This document shows positions 1 to 9,044 of a stretch of DNA of 24,000 bases, piece by piece. Location of the stretch: NCBI GenBank assembly GCA_035485475.1, contig DATHOA010000193.1:1-24000 (forward strand). Direction: 5' to 3'. Numbering within the stretch: position 1 is the stretch's first letter; every line of letters begins with the position of its first letter. This DNA comes from Steroidobacteraceae bacterium (GTDB taxonomy: Bacteria > Pseudomonadota > Gammaproteobacteria > Steroidobacterales > Steroidobacteraceae). A model generated the notes under the pieces. It was given only the letters and a program-made list of their open reading frames with translations. It was not told where the DNA came from and did no database searches. Made by a program: the position numbers and the translations under genes.

Positions 1-1272
1 TGACCCGGCCGTGATACGCGCAAAGTTGAACAACCCCGAGGCATTTGGAATGCGGTCCGGCGACAGACCCGAGACGCTCAAGGCCACCAACGGCACAAAG
101 AAGCTCGCCATGGCCGCGCCCTGGATGATGGTGGGGATCAACAGCGTCCTCACATCCACGTCGGTATTGAAATGCGAACGCATGATCATGACCGTGGCGA
201 AAATCGTGAACGACACCGTCACGATCACCCGCACATCCACCCGGTTGGTGAGCTTGGCCACAAGCGGGGTGACGAATACCGCGAGCAGGCCGACCGGGGC
301 CAGAATGATCCCGGCATTGGTGGCGGTGTAGCCCAGGTACTGCTGCAACCACAGCGGTAACAGCACGAGATTGCCGAAGAACACCCCGTAGGCGAGCAGC
401 ATGCACAGGGTGCCCACCCAAAAATTGCGCCGCTTGAACAAGGACAGATCCACGATGGGATGCTCGGCGTGGATCTCCCAGATCAGGAAGTATACGAAGG
501 CGGCCACGGCCAGCAGTGCAAGGCTGATGATCTGCGGTGAATTGAACCAGTCCAGGTCCTTGCCCTTGTCGAACATCACCTGCAGTGAGCCTACCCAGGT
601 CATGAGCAAGGCCAGGCCGATCGCATCGATGGGCACGCGCTGTGTCGCGGTTTCCCGCTTGCGATACAGAATCCAGGTCAAGGTGCCCGCGAACAGCCCG
701 ATGGGCACATTGATGTAGAAGATCCACGGCCAGGAAATATTGTCCGTGATCCATCCGCCCAGCAAGGGACCGGCGATTGGAGCCGTCAGGCTGGTGAGCG
801 ACCATAACCCCAGCGCCGTGCTTTGTTTCGCGGGTGGATAGCTCGACATGAGCAGCGACTGCGACAGCGGAATCATGGGGCCGGCGACGGCGCCTTGGAT
901 GACGCGGAAGAAAATCAGCAACCCGATCGAGGGTGCCAGGCCACACAGGAAGGAGGCGATGACGAACAGGAAAATGGCCAGCGTGAACAGCCGCACCTGG
1001 CCAAAGCGCCGCGTCAGCCAGCCGGTCAGTGGCACTGAAATCGCATTGGCGACACCGAAGGAGGTGATCACCCACGTGCCCTGGTCCGGCGACACCCCCA
1101 GATCTCCGGAAATTGCCGGGATCGACACGTTGGCGATGGAGGTATCCAGCACATTCATGAAGATCGCGAGTGACACGGCCACGGTGCCCAGAATTCGCGC
1201 CACGCCCACCAGCGGCGGCAGCGGCGCCGGTGCAGCCGCGCCGGGATTCACTTGTGATGCCGGACGACTCAT
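1..1272 (-). CDS. emrB: MFS drug-efflux permease, EmrB/QacA (DHA2) family; N-terminal 424 codons only, C-terminus runs off the left edge
   Basis: Absent from the ORF track because it has no in-window stop. My reverse translation from ATG 1272..1270 gives MSRPASQVNPGAAAPAPLPPLVGVARILGTVAVSLAIFMNVLDTSIANVSIPAISGDLGVSPDQGTWVITSFGVANAISVPLTGWLTRRFGQVRLF..., a classic EmrB N-terminus. I checked every triplet of this frame down to position 1 and found no stop. ATGA overlap with the emrA stop at 1269-1272. Confidence 0.85.
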   Translation of the reverse strand, partial: MSRPASQVNPGAAAPAPLPPLVGVARILGTVAVSLAIFMNVLDTSIANVSIPAISGDLGVSPDQGTWVITSFGVANAISVPLTGWLTRRFGQVRLFTLAIFLFVIASFLCGLAPSIGLLIFFRVIQGAVAGPMIPLSQSLLMSSYPPAKQSTALGLWSLTSLTAPIAGPLLGGWITDNISWPWIFYINVPIGLFAGTLTWILYRKRETATQRVPIDAIGLALLMTWVGSLQVMFDKGKDLDWFNSPQIISLALLAVAAFVYFLIWEIHAEHPIVDLSLFKRRNFWVGTLCMLLAYGVFFGNLVLLPLWLQQYLGYTATNAGIILAPVGLLAVFVTPLVAKLTNRVDVRVIVTVSFTIFATVMIMRSHFNTDVDVRTLLIPTIIQGAAMASFFVPLVALSVSGLSPDRIPNASGLFNFARITAGS

Positions 1273-2516
1273 GTGGCGGGACGGGCTGGCACCTTGGGAA
1301 GGCGGCGCGCCACGCCACCGTGTGCCGGGGCGGGAAGATTCGCGGCGATAATGGACTCGACCCGAGCGCCGGCCTGCCGGTCCGCGTCATCGAAGACACT
1401 GGTGGCATAGCTTGGGGCATTGGCCGCGACCTGCGGCAGACGCGCACCGTTGCGCTCGACCGTGGATACCGCCACGCGTATGGACAGGCCTATCTGCAGT
1501 GGATGCGCCGCCAGGTCCTGCGGATCAATGACGATCCGCACCGGCAGGCGCTGCACAACCTTGATCCAGTTGCCGGTCGCGTTCTGCGCCGGCAGCAGGG
1601 CGAAGGAGGCGCCGGTACCGGCGCTGAAGCCGACGACCGTGCCGTGATATTTCACGGAGCTGCCATACAGGTCGGCGATCAGCGTCGCCGGTTGGCCCAT
1701 GCGAATATTCCCAACCTGCAGTTCCTTGAAATTGGCATCGACCCAGACCTGGTTCAACGGCACCACTGCCATCAGCACTGAGCCGGGGCTCACCCGCTGG
1801 CCCAGCTGCACATTGCGATGTGCCACGAAGCCGCCGATGGGCGCCGGCAGTTGGGTTCGAGCCAGGTTCAGAAAAGCGCTGTGGACAGCGCTGGCGGCGG
1901 CTTGCACTTCCGGATGGTCTTCAATCTGAGTGCCGTCGATACGGGCGCGATTGGCCGCGGATTGCTGCTGGGCCGCCAGCAGTGCGGACTTGGCGGCGGA
2001 GACCGCATCGCGCGCATGCTGCAGTTCCTCGCCGGAAATCGCGCCGCTCCCGGCCAGGCGTTCGCGCCGCGCCAGGTCCTTCTCGACGGTGTCGAGGTCG
2101 GTTTGTCGAATGCCCTGGGCCGCGGCCAGCTGTGCGGTGGTGGCGAACAGACCGCGCACCGAGCGCACGGTCAGCGCCAGTTGGGCCTCGGATTCATCGA
2201 GTGCCACCTTGGCATCAGCCGGATCCAGGCGCACCAGCGTTTGGCCGACGGCCACGTTTTGCGTGTCATCGGCATTGATGCCGACCACCGTGCCGGCAAT
2301 CTGCGGGGTGATCTGCACGATGTTGCCGTTCACGTACGCATCATCGGTGGTTTCGCGCCAGCGCAGCACCGTCTGCCAGTACACGGCATAGCCGATGCCA
2401 ATGACCAGTATGCCCAGCGTGACGAGCACCAGCATGCGGTTGCGCTTGGTATTGTTTTGGCCATTCTTCTGGCCATTGCCATTGGGCGTGGCCGGGGTTT
2501 CGGTTTCGGTGTTCAC
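1269..2516 (-). CDS. emrA: HlyD/EmrA-family periplasmic adaptor of an MFS-type tripartite efflux pump
   Basis: ORF 1269..2522. One N-terminal TM segment (LVLVTLGILVIGIGYAVYW), then TTDDAYVNGNIVQITPQIAGTVVGINADDTQ and a long coiled-coil, typical of EmrA. The track start at 2522 is TTG with GGAGAG directly abutting it. The in-frame GTG at 2516 sits 6 nt after GGAGAG and is the more likely start. Confidence 0.9.
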   Translation of the reverse strand: MNTETETPATPNGNGQKNGQNNTKRNRMLVLVTLGILVIGIGYAVYWQTVLRWRETTDDAYVNGNIVQITPQIAGTVVGINADDTQNVAVGQTLVRLDPADAKVALDESEAQLALTVRSVRGLFATTAQLAAAQGIRQTDLDTVEKDLARRERLAGSGAISGEELQHARDAVSAAKSALLAAQQQSAANRARIDGTQIEDHPEVQAAASAVHSAFLNLARTQLPAPIGGFVAHRNVQLGQRVSPGSVLMAVVPLNQVWVDANFKELQVGNIRMGQPATLIADLYGSSVKYHGTVVGFSAGTGASFALLPAQNATGNWIKVVQRLPVRIVIDPQDLAAHPLQIGLSIRVAVSTVERNGARLPQVAANAPSYATSVFDDADRQAGARVESIIAANLPAPAHGGVARRLPKVPARPAT

Positions 2517-2518
2517 AA

Positions 2519-3964
2519 TCAACTCTCCGGGATTGCCGGCGGGCGCACCTGGGGCACGAATCCGCCGCCAAGCGCCTGTACCAGGTCAACAGATAGATCG
2601 AGCGCGCGGGCCTGCAGCTGCGCATCCAGGGCGCGCTGCGCGAGCAGCTGCGACTCGGCGCTCAACACCTGCAGGTAGTTGCCCACGCCCTCGCGATAGC
2701 GCAGCACGGACAGATCGTAAGCCTCCTGGGCATTCGCCAGCGCGTCGCGCTCCTCGCCACGCTGCCGACGCAGGCTGTCCATGGACGTGAGCGCATCAAC
2801 GACCTCGCGCAGGGCATCGGTCATGAGCTGGTTGTATTGCTCGACGGCGGCATCGTATGCGGCGTCCTGCCCCGCAAGTTTCGCCCGGCGCTTGCCGGCA
2901 TCGAACAAGGGCAGGGTGAATGCGGGTGCCACGCCGTACTGGCGGTTGGCGGCGCTGAACAGATTGGTGGAGCCCAAGTTCTGCAAACCCACGAAGGCGA
3001 GCAGATCCACGTTGGGGTAGAACTCGGCCGTCGCTTCACGAATGCCCTGCGAGGCCGCTTCAACGCGCCAGCGCTGGGCGACCAGGTCCGGACGATGGCC
3101 GAGCAGTTCGGCGGGCACGCTGGTCGGCAGCTCCGGCTGCACCACGACCGATACCGTCGGATCGTGGATGCTCAAGGAGCGGTCCGGGCCCGCGCCGGTC
3201 AGTGCCGCCAGCACGTGACGGGTGCGGGCGGCGGATTCCTCGAGTGCATCGATCTGTTCGCGGGCCGCCGGCACCGCGCCTTGCGCCTGGGTCAGCTCCA
3301 GGCGTGAGTCGAGGCCGGCGGCGTTGCGGTCACGAGTCAGCGACAGGACCTGCTCACGTTGTTTGAGCGTGTCCCGGGCAACCTGCAACTGCAGGCTCTC
3401 TTCCTGCAGCTGCGCGTACACATGCGCAACGTTCGCGGCGAGTGTCAGGCGCGCGGCCTGTGAATCGATCTCGGCCGCACGCTCGGCGCCGACCGCACTT
3501 TCATAGGCGGCGCGATTCTTGCCCCAGAAATCCAACTGCCAGGACAAGGTGCCGGTCAACAGCGCCAGCGTGTCCCAGTTGCCCGCGTACGGCGGCGGAA
3601 ACAGGCCGTGTTCGGAGAATAGCCCGCGCACTGCCTGACCACTCAAACCCCCACTGGGTGCGCGCGCGCTGTCGGCCGCGGCAACCTGTGCGAGTGCCGC
3701 GCGCGTGCGCGCCTCGGCAATGCGCAGACTCGGGTTGCCCGCGAGGGCATCGTTGATCAGATCATTGAGCTGGGTGTCCCCATACGCCGCCCACCACTGG
3801 GCCTTTGGCCATGCGGCGGCGTCGATGGGCGTTCCGCTCAGCGACTGCTGTGTTTGCAGGCTATTGGCCGGGACCAACCTGGCTTCGGGTCGCAGCTGAT
3901 GCGTACTGGCACAGGCGCTGAGCAGTGCCAGCGCGAACAGCGACAGAAGTGAAATGCGCATCAC
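2519..3964 (-). CDS. Efflux outer-membrane lipoprotein, NodT/OprM family
   Basis: 481-aa ORF. Lipoprotein signal with lipobox (LALALLSAC at the N-terminus). Shows the two-repeat OMF pattern, for example LNDLINDALAGNPSLRIAEARTRAALAQ. The start is GTG 3964 or ATG 3961; both overlap the marR stop. Its stop overlaps the longest emrA frame. Confidence 0.9.
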   Translation of the reverse strand: MMRISLLSLFALALLSACASTHQLRPEARLVPANSLQTQQSLSGTPIDAAAWPKAQWWAAYGDTQLNDLINDALAGNPSLRIAEARTRAALAQVAAADSARAPSGGLSGQAVRGLFSEHGLFPPPYAGNWDTLALLTGTLSWQLDFWGKNRAAYESAVGAERAAEIDSQAARLTLAANVAHVYAQLQEESLQLQVARDTLKQREQVLSLTRDRNAAGLDSRLELTQAQGAVPAAREQIDALEESAARTRHVLAALTGAGPDRSLSIHDPTVSVVVQPELPTSVPAELLGHRPDLVAQRWRVEAASQGIREATAEFYPNVDLLAFVGLQNLGSTNLFSAANRQYGVAPAFTLPLFDAGKRRAKLAGQDAAYDAAVEQYNQLMTDALREVVDALTSMDSLRRQRGEERDALANAQEAYDLSVLRYREGVGNYLQVLSAESQLLAQRALDAQLQARALDLSVDLVQALGGGFVPQVRPPAIPES

Positions 3965-4431
3965 GCCACTACGTTGTTCGCCAGGCGCTGTAACAGGTTC
4001 TGCAGCGTCTTGGCTTCATCCTGCGTGAAGTCACGCAAGGAGCGATTCATCACCTGCATGGAGATCTCACGCAGGCGCGGATAGGCGGCCTCGCCGGCCG
4101 CGGTAAGCTCCAGGTTCACGAGTCGGCGGTCATCGGGTGAGCGAGTGCGTCGCACCAGGCCCTTGGCCTCCAGGCGATCCAGCATGCGGGTCATCGCGCC
4201 GGCATCGTAGGAGATGCCCTTACAAAGCTCGGAGGCGGAAGTCGCGCCCTCGCGGCCGGCCAGATTCACGATGACGATGAACTGCGCGGAGCTCAATTCA
4301 AGCGGCGCCAAGAACTCATCGCGTGCCAGTTCCGCATCCAGCACCGACAGCAGCTGGGTTCGCGCCCGACTGATGAGGTGCCCGAGGCCACTGCGCGGCT
4401 CGTAGTTCTCGAGGCTGTACACATCCGCCAA
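3961..4431 (-). CDS. MarR-family transcriptional regulator, likely repressor of the downstream efflux operon
   Basis: Winged-helix MarR pattern (LSSAQFIVIVNLAGREGATSASELCKGISYDAGAMTRMLDRLEAKGLVRRTRSPDDRRLVNLELTAAG). The track ORF starts at 4500, but that TTG is the first half of a TTGACA -35 box. I place the start at in-frame TTG 4431..4429, preceded by AGGAGG (4443..4438) with a 6-nt spacer. This gives 156 aa. Confidence 0.8.
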   Translation of the reverse strand: MADVYSLENYEPRSGLGHLISRARTQLLSVLDAELARDEFLAPLELSSAQFIVIVNLAGREGATSASELCKGISYDAGAMTRMLDRLEAKGLVRRTRSPDDRRLVNLELTAAGEAAYPRLREISMQVMNRSLRDFTQDEAKTLQNLLQRLANNVVA

Positions 4432-4471
4432 GTCCGTCCTCCTGCCCGCCGGGGCCCATTCAGTAGCCGAA

Positions 4472-4500
4472 ACAATAACTGCCGAGGCAATCATTGTCAA
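4472..4500 (-). promoter_or_regulatory. Putative sigma70 promoter of the marR-OMP-emrAB operon
   Basis: On the minus strand: TTGACA (4500..4495), a 17-nt spacer, then TATTGT (4477..4472). A near-consensus hexamer pair is unusual in such GC-rich DNA. It lies about 35 nt upstream of the AGGAGG/TTG start proposed for marR. Confidence 0.5.
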
Positions 4501-4518
4501 GGCTTTGACAGCTTAAGC
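4495..4518. promoter_or_regulatory. Palindromic candidate operator overlapping the -35 box
   Basis: The plus strand at 4495-4510 reads TGTCAA-GGCT-TTGACA, a perfect 6-bp inverted repeat with a 4-bp spacer. It is immediately followed by the palindrome GCTTAAGC (4511-4518). MarR proteins bind short palindromes at their own promoters. Confidence 0.3.
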
Positions 4519-4541
4519 AAGGCTAAGACGGGAGCGAGACC

Positions 4542-5117
4542 TCAGGAAGGGGTCAGCTGCGGGACCAGTTGATCCGCCAGGTCCCCGAGCGCGTTGCTCA
4601 GTGCGGTGGACAAGCCGCTGGGACAGCCTGCGGCGGCCGGCGCCGACAGGTGCACACTGCCGTGACGTGCGGTGCCATTCGGGACCGCGAGACTCCAGTT
4701 CACCTGGGCGGTGATGCCACAGGACTCATCGGCGGCCAGAGATACAAAGTCCAGATCCAACGTGGCCTGCATCCTGGAAGGCGAGGTCACCGCCAGGGCA
4801 TCCACCGCCACGACCTGCTCATAGCCGAGCCGCTCGCCCAGATCACGGGTGATCGTCCCCTGGATCAGCACACTCAGAGGGGCAGTCCACTGGTCATTGT
4901 CCGAAATCGCCAGCTGCGTCGCCCCCACATGATGCGTCAGACCCAGATGGTCCATTTCGTGCGGCACGCTCACATGACGCACATGGATCAGCATGGGTAA
5001 ATCAGGGTGACTTGCCACGCCGAGCGGACTTACCGCGGCCAGTGAGTAGTAATGCAACGCCGGCAGCGCATGGCAGGCCCCCAGCGTCACGGCAAGAAGG
5101 CAGGACAGACGTTTCAT
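4542..5117 (-). CDS. pqiC: PqiC/YmbA-family lipoprotein (ABC-type transport auxiliary component, DUF330-like)
   Basis: 191-aa ORF. Lipoprotein signal MKRLSCLLAVTLGAC, then HYYSL, typical of the family. ATGA overlap with the pqiB stop (5114-5117). Its position after pqiA-pqiB also fits. Confidence 0.8.
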   Translation of the reverse strand: MKRLSCLLAVTLGACHALPALHYYSLAAVSPLGVASHPDLPMLIHVRHVSVPHEMDHLGLTHHVGATQLAISDNDQWTAPLSVLIQGTITRDLGERLGYEQVVAVDALAVTSPSRMQATLDLDFVSLAADESCGITAQVNWSLAVPNGTARHGSVHLSAPAAAGCPSGLSTALSNALGDLADQLVPQLTPS

Positions 5118-6820
5118 GGGGGAGCCTCGTGGCGGCCGCGCAGTAATGCCTCGGGATGCCGGTCCAGGAAGTCGGCCAGTTCGCGGATGGAGCGGGCCGC
5201 CTCGCTGACCTGCTGCAGCAGCGCTGGCAGCTGCGTGGCGAGGGCGCCATCGGCGCCGAGCGTGCTGCCGGCTGATTGCGCCGCATCCTGCGCGGCCTGT
5301 GCCGTTGCCCGCAGGCTCGCAAGCAAGGGTTTGAGCTGCGGCTGCACGTCGCGGGTGATCTGTTCCAGATGGGCAAGCGTGGCGTCCAGATTCTTGATCG
5401 CATTGCCCAGCGAGGGTCCCGCGGTGGCCTGGTCGACATGCTTCAGCGTGCTTTGCAGACTTTGCAGGATCCCGTCGATATCCGCGCCGTGGGTGGTGGG
5501 AAATTCCGGTGTCTTCGCATTCAGATCGAGGCTCGCCGCGGGGGCATCGTGCATAATGTCCAGGGCTATCACCTTCTGACCGGTCAGCAGGTTCGCGGTG
5601 ATCAACTGCGCCCGCAGTCCGCGCGCCACCAGTCGTGCGAGGCCCTCGCGTACGGCATCCGCCTGTTTGGCGGCAGACCCCGATGGGACGCCCGCCAGCT
5701 GCACGACGCTCGGGTCGAGACTCATGCTGGCTGCCTCATACAGGCTGCCGCTGGCGGGGTCATACATCAGTTTCGAGTCAGTGACATTGCCGATCTCCAC
5801 GCCGCGCAGCTGTACCGCGGTGCCGGACTGCAGGCCGGCAGCCGATTCATCAAAGCGCAGCGTGTAAACCAGGCGCGGTCCGGCGTGATTGCGCAACGCG
5901 ATCGCCTCACTGTCGTACAGGGGGAACACTTTGTCGGCGGCGGCCTCGGGCGCCGATCGGGCCGAGGCCGGCAACTGTTTCCCGGCAGCCTGCTGCGCGA
6001 TGGCCTGGCCAACCGATTGCGTGGGCACCGGCGCCCCCGGCGGCAAGGGCGTGTCGAAGCCAATGGCCCCGGTCACCAGCTGCTGCAGGGAATTGAGGCG
6101 TACACGGACTCCCTGCGGACCGGCGGAGACATCAATCGCACTGGCATCCCAGAAGCGCGTGTCATCGTGAACGAGCGCATCGTAGGGGGCCCTGACGAAG
6201 GCATAGACGTTCACGTGCAGGCCGTTGTCATCCAGCGCATAGCCTTCGACCTGGCCGACCTGAACGCCCCGGTAGTTGACGGGCGTGCCGGGTCCGACCG
6301 CGCCCAGCTCAGCCTCCGTCAGCGTGAAGGCGCGCCCCGGGGCGTCCGGTTGCAGCAGCGGCGGATCCTCCAGCCCCACGAAATCGCTTTGGGTCTCACC
6401 TTCGCCCGGATACATCTCGATATACGCCCCGGACACCAGGGTATTCAGACCGGAGATGCCGCTGGTGCCGACTCGTGGCGTGACGATCCAGAAGCGCGTA
6501 CTGCCGGTCAGATGCTTGCTGACCTCACGGGTCATGCGCGCATGCACGATCACCTCGGACAGGTCCGGGGACAGTTCGAAGGAATCGACGGTGCCGACGC
6601 GCACGCCCTTGTGGCGGATCTCGGTCTCCCCGGCGGTGAGGCCTTCGGCGCTGGTGAAGCGGATGGTGATGGCGGGGCCGCGTTGCATCAGCGTGTGCAA
6701 GCTGAGCCATACCACGACTGCCAGGGCAAAGGCGGGTGCCAGCCACACCATGCTCAGACGGCGCCGCACCCGTTGCGCCTGGGGCGCGGATTCCGGAGCT
6801 TGCGGCGTCTCCTCGGTCAT
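5114..6820 (-). CDS. pqiB: PqiB, multi-MCE-domain intermembrane transport protein
   Basis: N-terminal TM (VWLAPAFALAVVVWLSL). Repeated MCE-type segments (GVRVGTVDSF..., YRGVQVGQVEGY..., LRGVEIGNVTDS...). Long Ala/Gln-rich helical C-terminus. The track start is 6856, but I prefer ATG 6820, which forms an ATGA overlap with the pqiA stop (6817-6820). Confidence 0.9.
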   Translation of the reverse strand: MTEETPQAPESAPQAQRVRRRLSMVWLAPAFALAVVVWLSLHTLMQRGPAITIRFTSAEGLTAGETEIRHKGVRVGTVDSFELSPDLSEVIVHARMTREVSKHLTGSTRFWIVTPRVGTSGISGLNTLVSGAYIEMYPGEGETQSDFVGLEDPPLLQPDAPGRAFTLTEAELGAVGPGTPVNYRGVQVGQVEGYALDDNGLHVNVYAFVRAPYDALVHDDTRFWDASAIDVSAGPQGVRVRLNSLQQLVTGAIGFDTPLPPGAPVPTQSVGQAIAQQAAGKQLPASARSAPEAAADKVFPLYDSEAIALRNHAGPRLVYTLRFDESAAGLQSGTAVQLRGVEIGNVTDSKLMYDPASGSLYEAASMSLDPSVVQLAGVPSGSAAKQADAVREGLARLVARGLRAQLITANLLTGQKVIALDIMHDAPAASLDLNAKTPEFPTTHGADIDGILQSLQSTLKHVDQATAGPSLGNAIKNLDATLAHLEQITRDVQPQLKPLLASLRATAQAAQDAAQSAGSTLGADGALATQLPALLQQVSEAARSIRELADFLDRHPEALLRGRHEAPP

Positions 6821-7911
6821 GTGCGGCTTGCCGGTTGTGGCACGGCGTCGGCCCACATGAGGCGCGGATCAAAGCACTGCGCGGCGATCATGGTGATGAG
6901 CACCACGCCGGCAAAGGCGAGCGCGCCGCGTTCGGGCCGTACCCGCTCCAACGCTCCGAATTGAACGAGCGCACCGAGTATCGAAATCATGAAGACATCG
7001 ATATTGGACCAGCGACCAATGCTGTCGATCAAACGATATACCCGTGTGCGTTGCCGCAACAGATGTGGTGACCGTCGCCGCGTCTGCCACAGCAGCCAGG
7101 CGAGCCCGAACAGCTTGGCCAGCGGCACCACGACGCTTGCCATGAACACGATGACCGCCAGCGGCCACAGGTCATAGTGCACCAATTCCACGACACCGCC
7201 CAGAATGGTGTCCTTCTCGATGCTGCCATAGCGTTCGATCTGCAACACCGGCAGCACATTGGCGGGGATGTACAGCACCAGGCCGGTGACCACCAATGCG
7301 GTGGTGGCCTGTAACGAATGATTGCCCCGGCGGGGCCTCTTTTCACTCAAGGTCGCCGGGTCACCGCGCAGGGCCAGGGAACCGAGCAACAGCATTGCGG
7401 AGCCTGCCAGGCACCAGCCGCCGATATCGACGTTCGCCGTGGCAACGGTTTGAATGCGTGAATAGGCCACGCAACCGCCGACCACAAAAACTTCCAGCAT
7501 CAGCCAGGGCCGCAGGTGATGCGCGAGCGCGCGCAACTCGTCGTTGCTGGCGTTCGGCAGGGCCTGCGCCAGCGTCAGCAACATGAATGCACTGGGGATC
7601 GCGAGCATCAGTGCGACCAGCAGTACGGACAGCGGCGGATAACCCGCGCCCCATAACCGCAGGGCGCAGCCGACCAGGTTGGTGCTGTGGCTGGCACCGC
7701 CGGCGGAAACCGTGAGCAGGGGCGCGAGGCACCCCGGTATCCACAACAGCAGCGCCCCCAGAGTCAGCGCCAGGGCGGCGCCGGATTGGGCGTCCGGCAC
7801 CTTGAGCAGACGCAGGCAACGCGTGCAGCGCGCCTCCTCATCCTCGGCCAGCGCCGGCAGTACCTGCTCGAGGCTGCAATCCGGACAGGCGACACGCTCC
7901 CCCGAGGTCAC
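6817..7911 (-). CDS. pqiA: PqiA-family integral membrane protein
   Basis: 364-aa ORF. N-terminal CxxC...CxxC (ACPDCS...CTRC), then two blocks of multiple TM helices, and the context pqiA-pqiB-pqiC. GTG start with no clear SD, so the start is uncertain. Confidence 0.85.
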   Translation of the reverse strand: MTSGERVACPDCSLEQVLPALAEDEEARCTRCLRLLKVPDAQSGAALALTLGALLLWIPGCLAPLLTVSAGGASHSTNLVGCALRLWGAGYPPLSVLLVALMLAIPSAFMLLTLAQALPNASNDELRALAHHLRPWLMLEVFVVGGCVAYSRIQTVATANVDIGGWCLAGSAMLLLGSLALRGDPATLSEKRPRRGNHSLQATTALVVTGLVLYIPANVLPVLQIERYGSIEKDTILGGVVELVHYDLWPLAVIVFMASVVVPLAKLFGLAWLLWQTRRRSPHLLRQRTRVYRLIDSIGRWSNIDVFMISILGALVQFGALERVRPERGALAFAGVVLITMIAAQCFDPRLMWADAVPQPASRT

Positions 7912-7943
7912 GAGCGGCCGGCCGGAGGATGGGGTGGGCGTGT

Positions 7944-9044
7944 TCAGGCGCTGTGGCGAGCGCCCGAATCGCCTGCGGCACCCTCACCGAGTTCACCGGT
8001 CACGCCCAAGCGCTTCTGCAGCAGCGGGCTGGTGGTCGTGTACTGCAGGTGGACCTTCTCCCCGGGACGCATGTGCTCCTTGACGGCGAACGCGGCGAGC
8101 GCCGCTTCGTGGAAACCCGAAAGAATCAGTTTCTTCTTGCCAGGATAGTCGTTGATGTCGCCCACTGCATAGATGCCCGGGATGTTGGTCTGGAAACGGT
8201 GCGTGTCCACCGGAATGGTACGCCGATGCACCGTCAGGCCCCATTCCGCAATCGGTCCGAGTTTCGGCGACAGGCCCCAGAACACCAACACCTGATCCGT
8301 GGCAACGGTGCGCGTCACCCCATCGCGGGCGGTAACCCGCACGCCCGTGAGCTTGTCATCCTGCTCGACGAGGGACTGCACCTGGCCTTCGATGAAGTCG
8401 AGGCGACCTTCCTCGAGCAGGGCCATCATGCGCTCGACCGAGGCCGGCGCGCCGCGGAATTCCGCGCGGCGATGGACCAGCACGACGCTGCGCGCGCGCT
8501 CGACGAGCTCGATGGTCCAGTCCAGCGCGGAATCCCCGCCACCGAAGATCACCAGGTCCTTGTCGTGAAACTGGGCCGCATCCTTGACGCGGTAATGAAC
8601 ACTGCGACCTTCGTGCCGCTCGCTGCCTTCAACGCTCAGCCGCCGTGGCTGGAACGAACCTACGCCGCCAGCCACAATCACCGCACCGGCATCAAAGCGG
8701 GTGCCGCGGCTGGTGGCCACATCGAAGCGGCCATCGGGACGAGGTGTCACTTCGGTGACTTCCTGGCCAAGGTGATAGCCGGGATTGAAGGGTTTGATCT
8801 GTTCCTGCAGCCGCTCGATCAGTTCGCGCGCGGTACACACCGGAATCGCCGGGATGTCGTAGATCGGCTTATCCGGATACAGCTCGGTGCACTGCCCACC
8901 AACCTGCGGCAGTGAGTCGACCAGTTCGGCCTTCAGGCCCAGCAGCCCCAGCTCAAATACCTGAAACAGGCCGCAGGGGCCGGCACCGACGATGACCACG
9001 TCTGTGACGACGGCCAGTTTGGTTCGATCAAGCGACAAGGACAT
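7944..9044 (-). CDS. Thioredoxin-reductase-like ferredoxin-NADP+ reductase (NAD(P)/FAD-dependent oxidoreductase)
   Basis: DVVIVGAGPCGLFQVFELGLLGLKAELVDSLPQVGGQCTELYPDKPIYDIPA and a second dinucleotide motif, LVIFGGGDSALDW, match the YumC/TrxR-type FNR family. The track ORF begins at 9155 inside the upstream gene. I place the start at ATG 9044 (MSLSLDRTKLAVV...), giving 366 aa and a 17-nt overlap with the upstream CDS. Confidence 0.8.
   Translation of the reverse strand: MSLSLDRTKLAVVTDVVIVGAGPCGLFQVFELGLLGLKAELVDSLPQVGGQCTELYPDKPIYDIPAIPVCTARELIERLQEQIKPFNPGYHLGQEVTEVTPRPDGRFDVATSRGTRFDAGAVIVAGGVGSFQPRRLSVEGSERHEGRSVHYRVKDAAQFHDKDLVIFGGGDSALDWTIELVERARSVVLVHRRAEFRGAPASVERMMALLEEGRLDFIEGQVQSLVEQDDKLTGVRVTARDGVTRTVATDQVLVFWGLSPKLGPIAEWGLTVHRRTIPVDTHRFQTNIPGIYAVGDINDYPGKKKLILSGFHEAALAAFAVKEHMRPGEKVHLQYTTTSPLLQKRLGVTGELGEGAAGDSGARHSA

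Noticed and set aside
5276-6964. 562-aa ORF on the plus strand, antisense to pqiB. Similar long antisense ORFs occur at 1818..2678, 7929..8915, 9136..10344, 12374..13357, 14536..15561, 17128..18204, 19550..20347 and 21289..22245.
   Set aside because: Each lies entirely opposite a gene with strong family motifs. Their translations are Arg/Gly/His/Gln/Pro-rich with no recognisable motifs. Long stop-free antisense frames are expected in DNA this GC-rich. There is no independent evidence (RBS, coupling) for any of them.
7915-7925. Self-complementary CGGCCGGCCGG between the FNR gene and pqiA, considered as a terminator.
   Set aside because: It has no loop and no downstream T-tract. It is just a CCGG repeat palindrome, which is common in GC-rich DNA.
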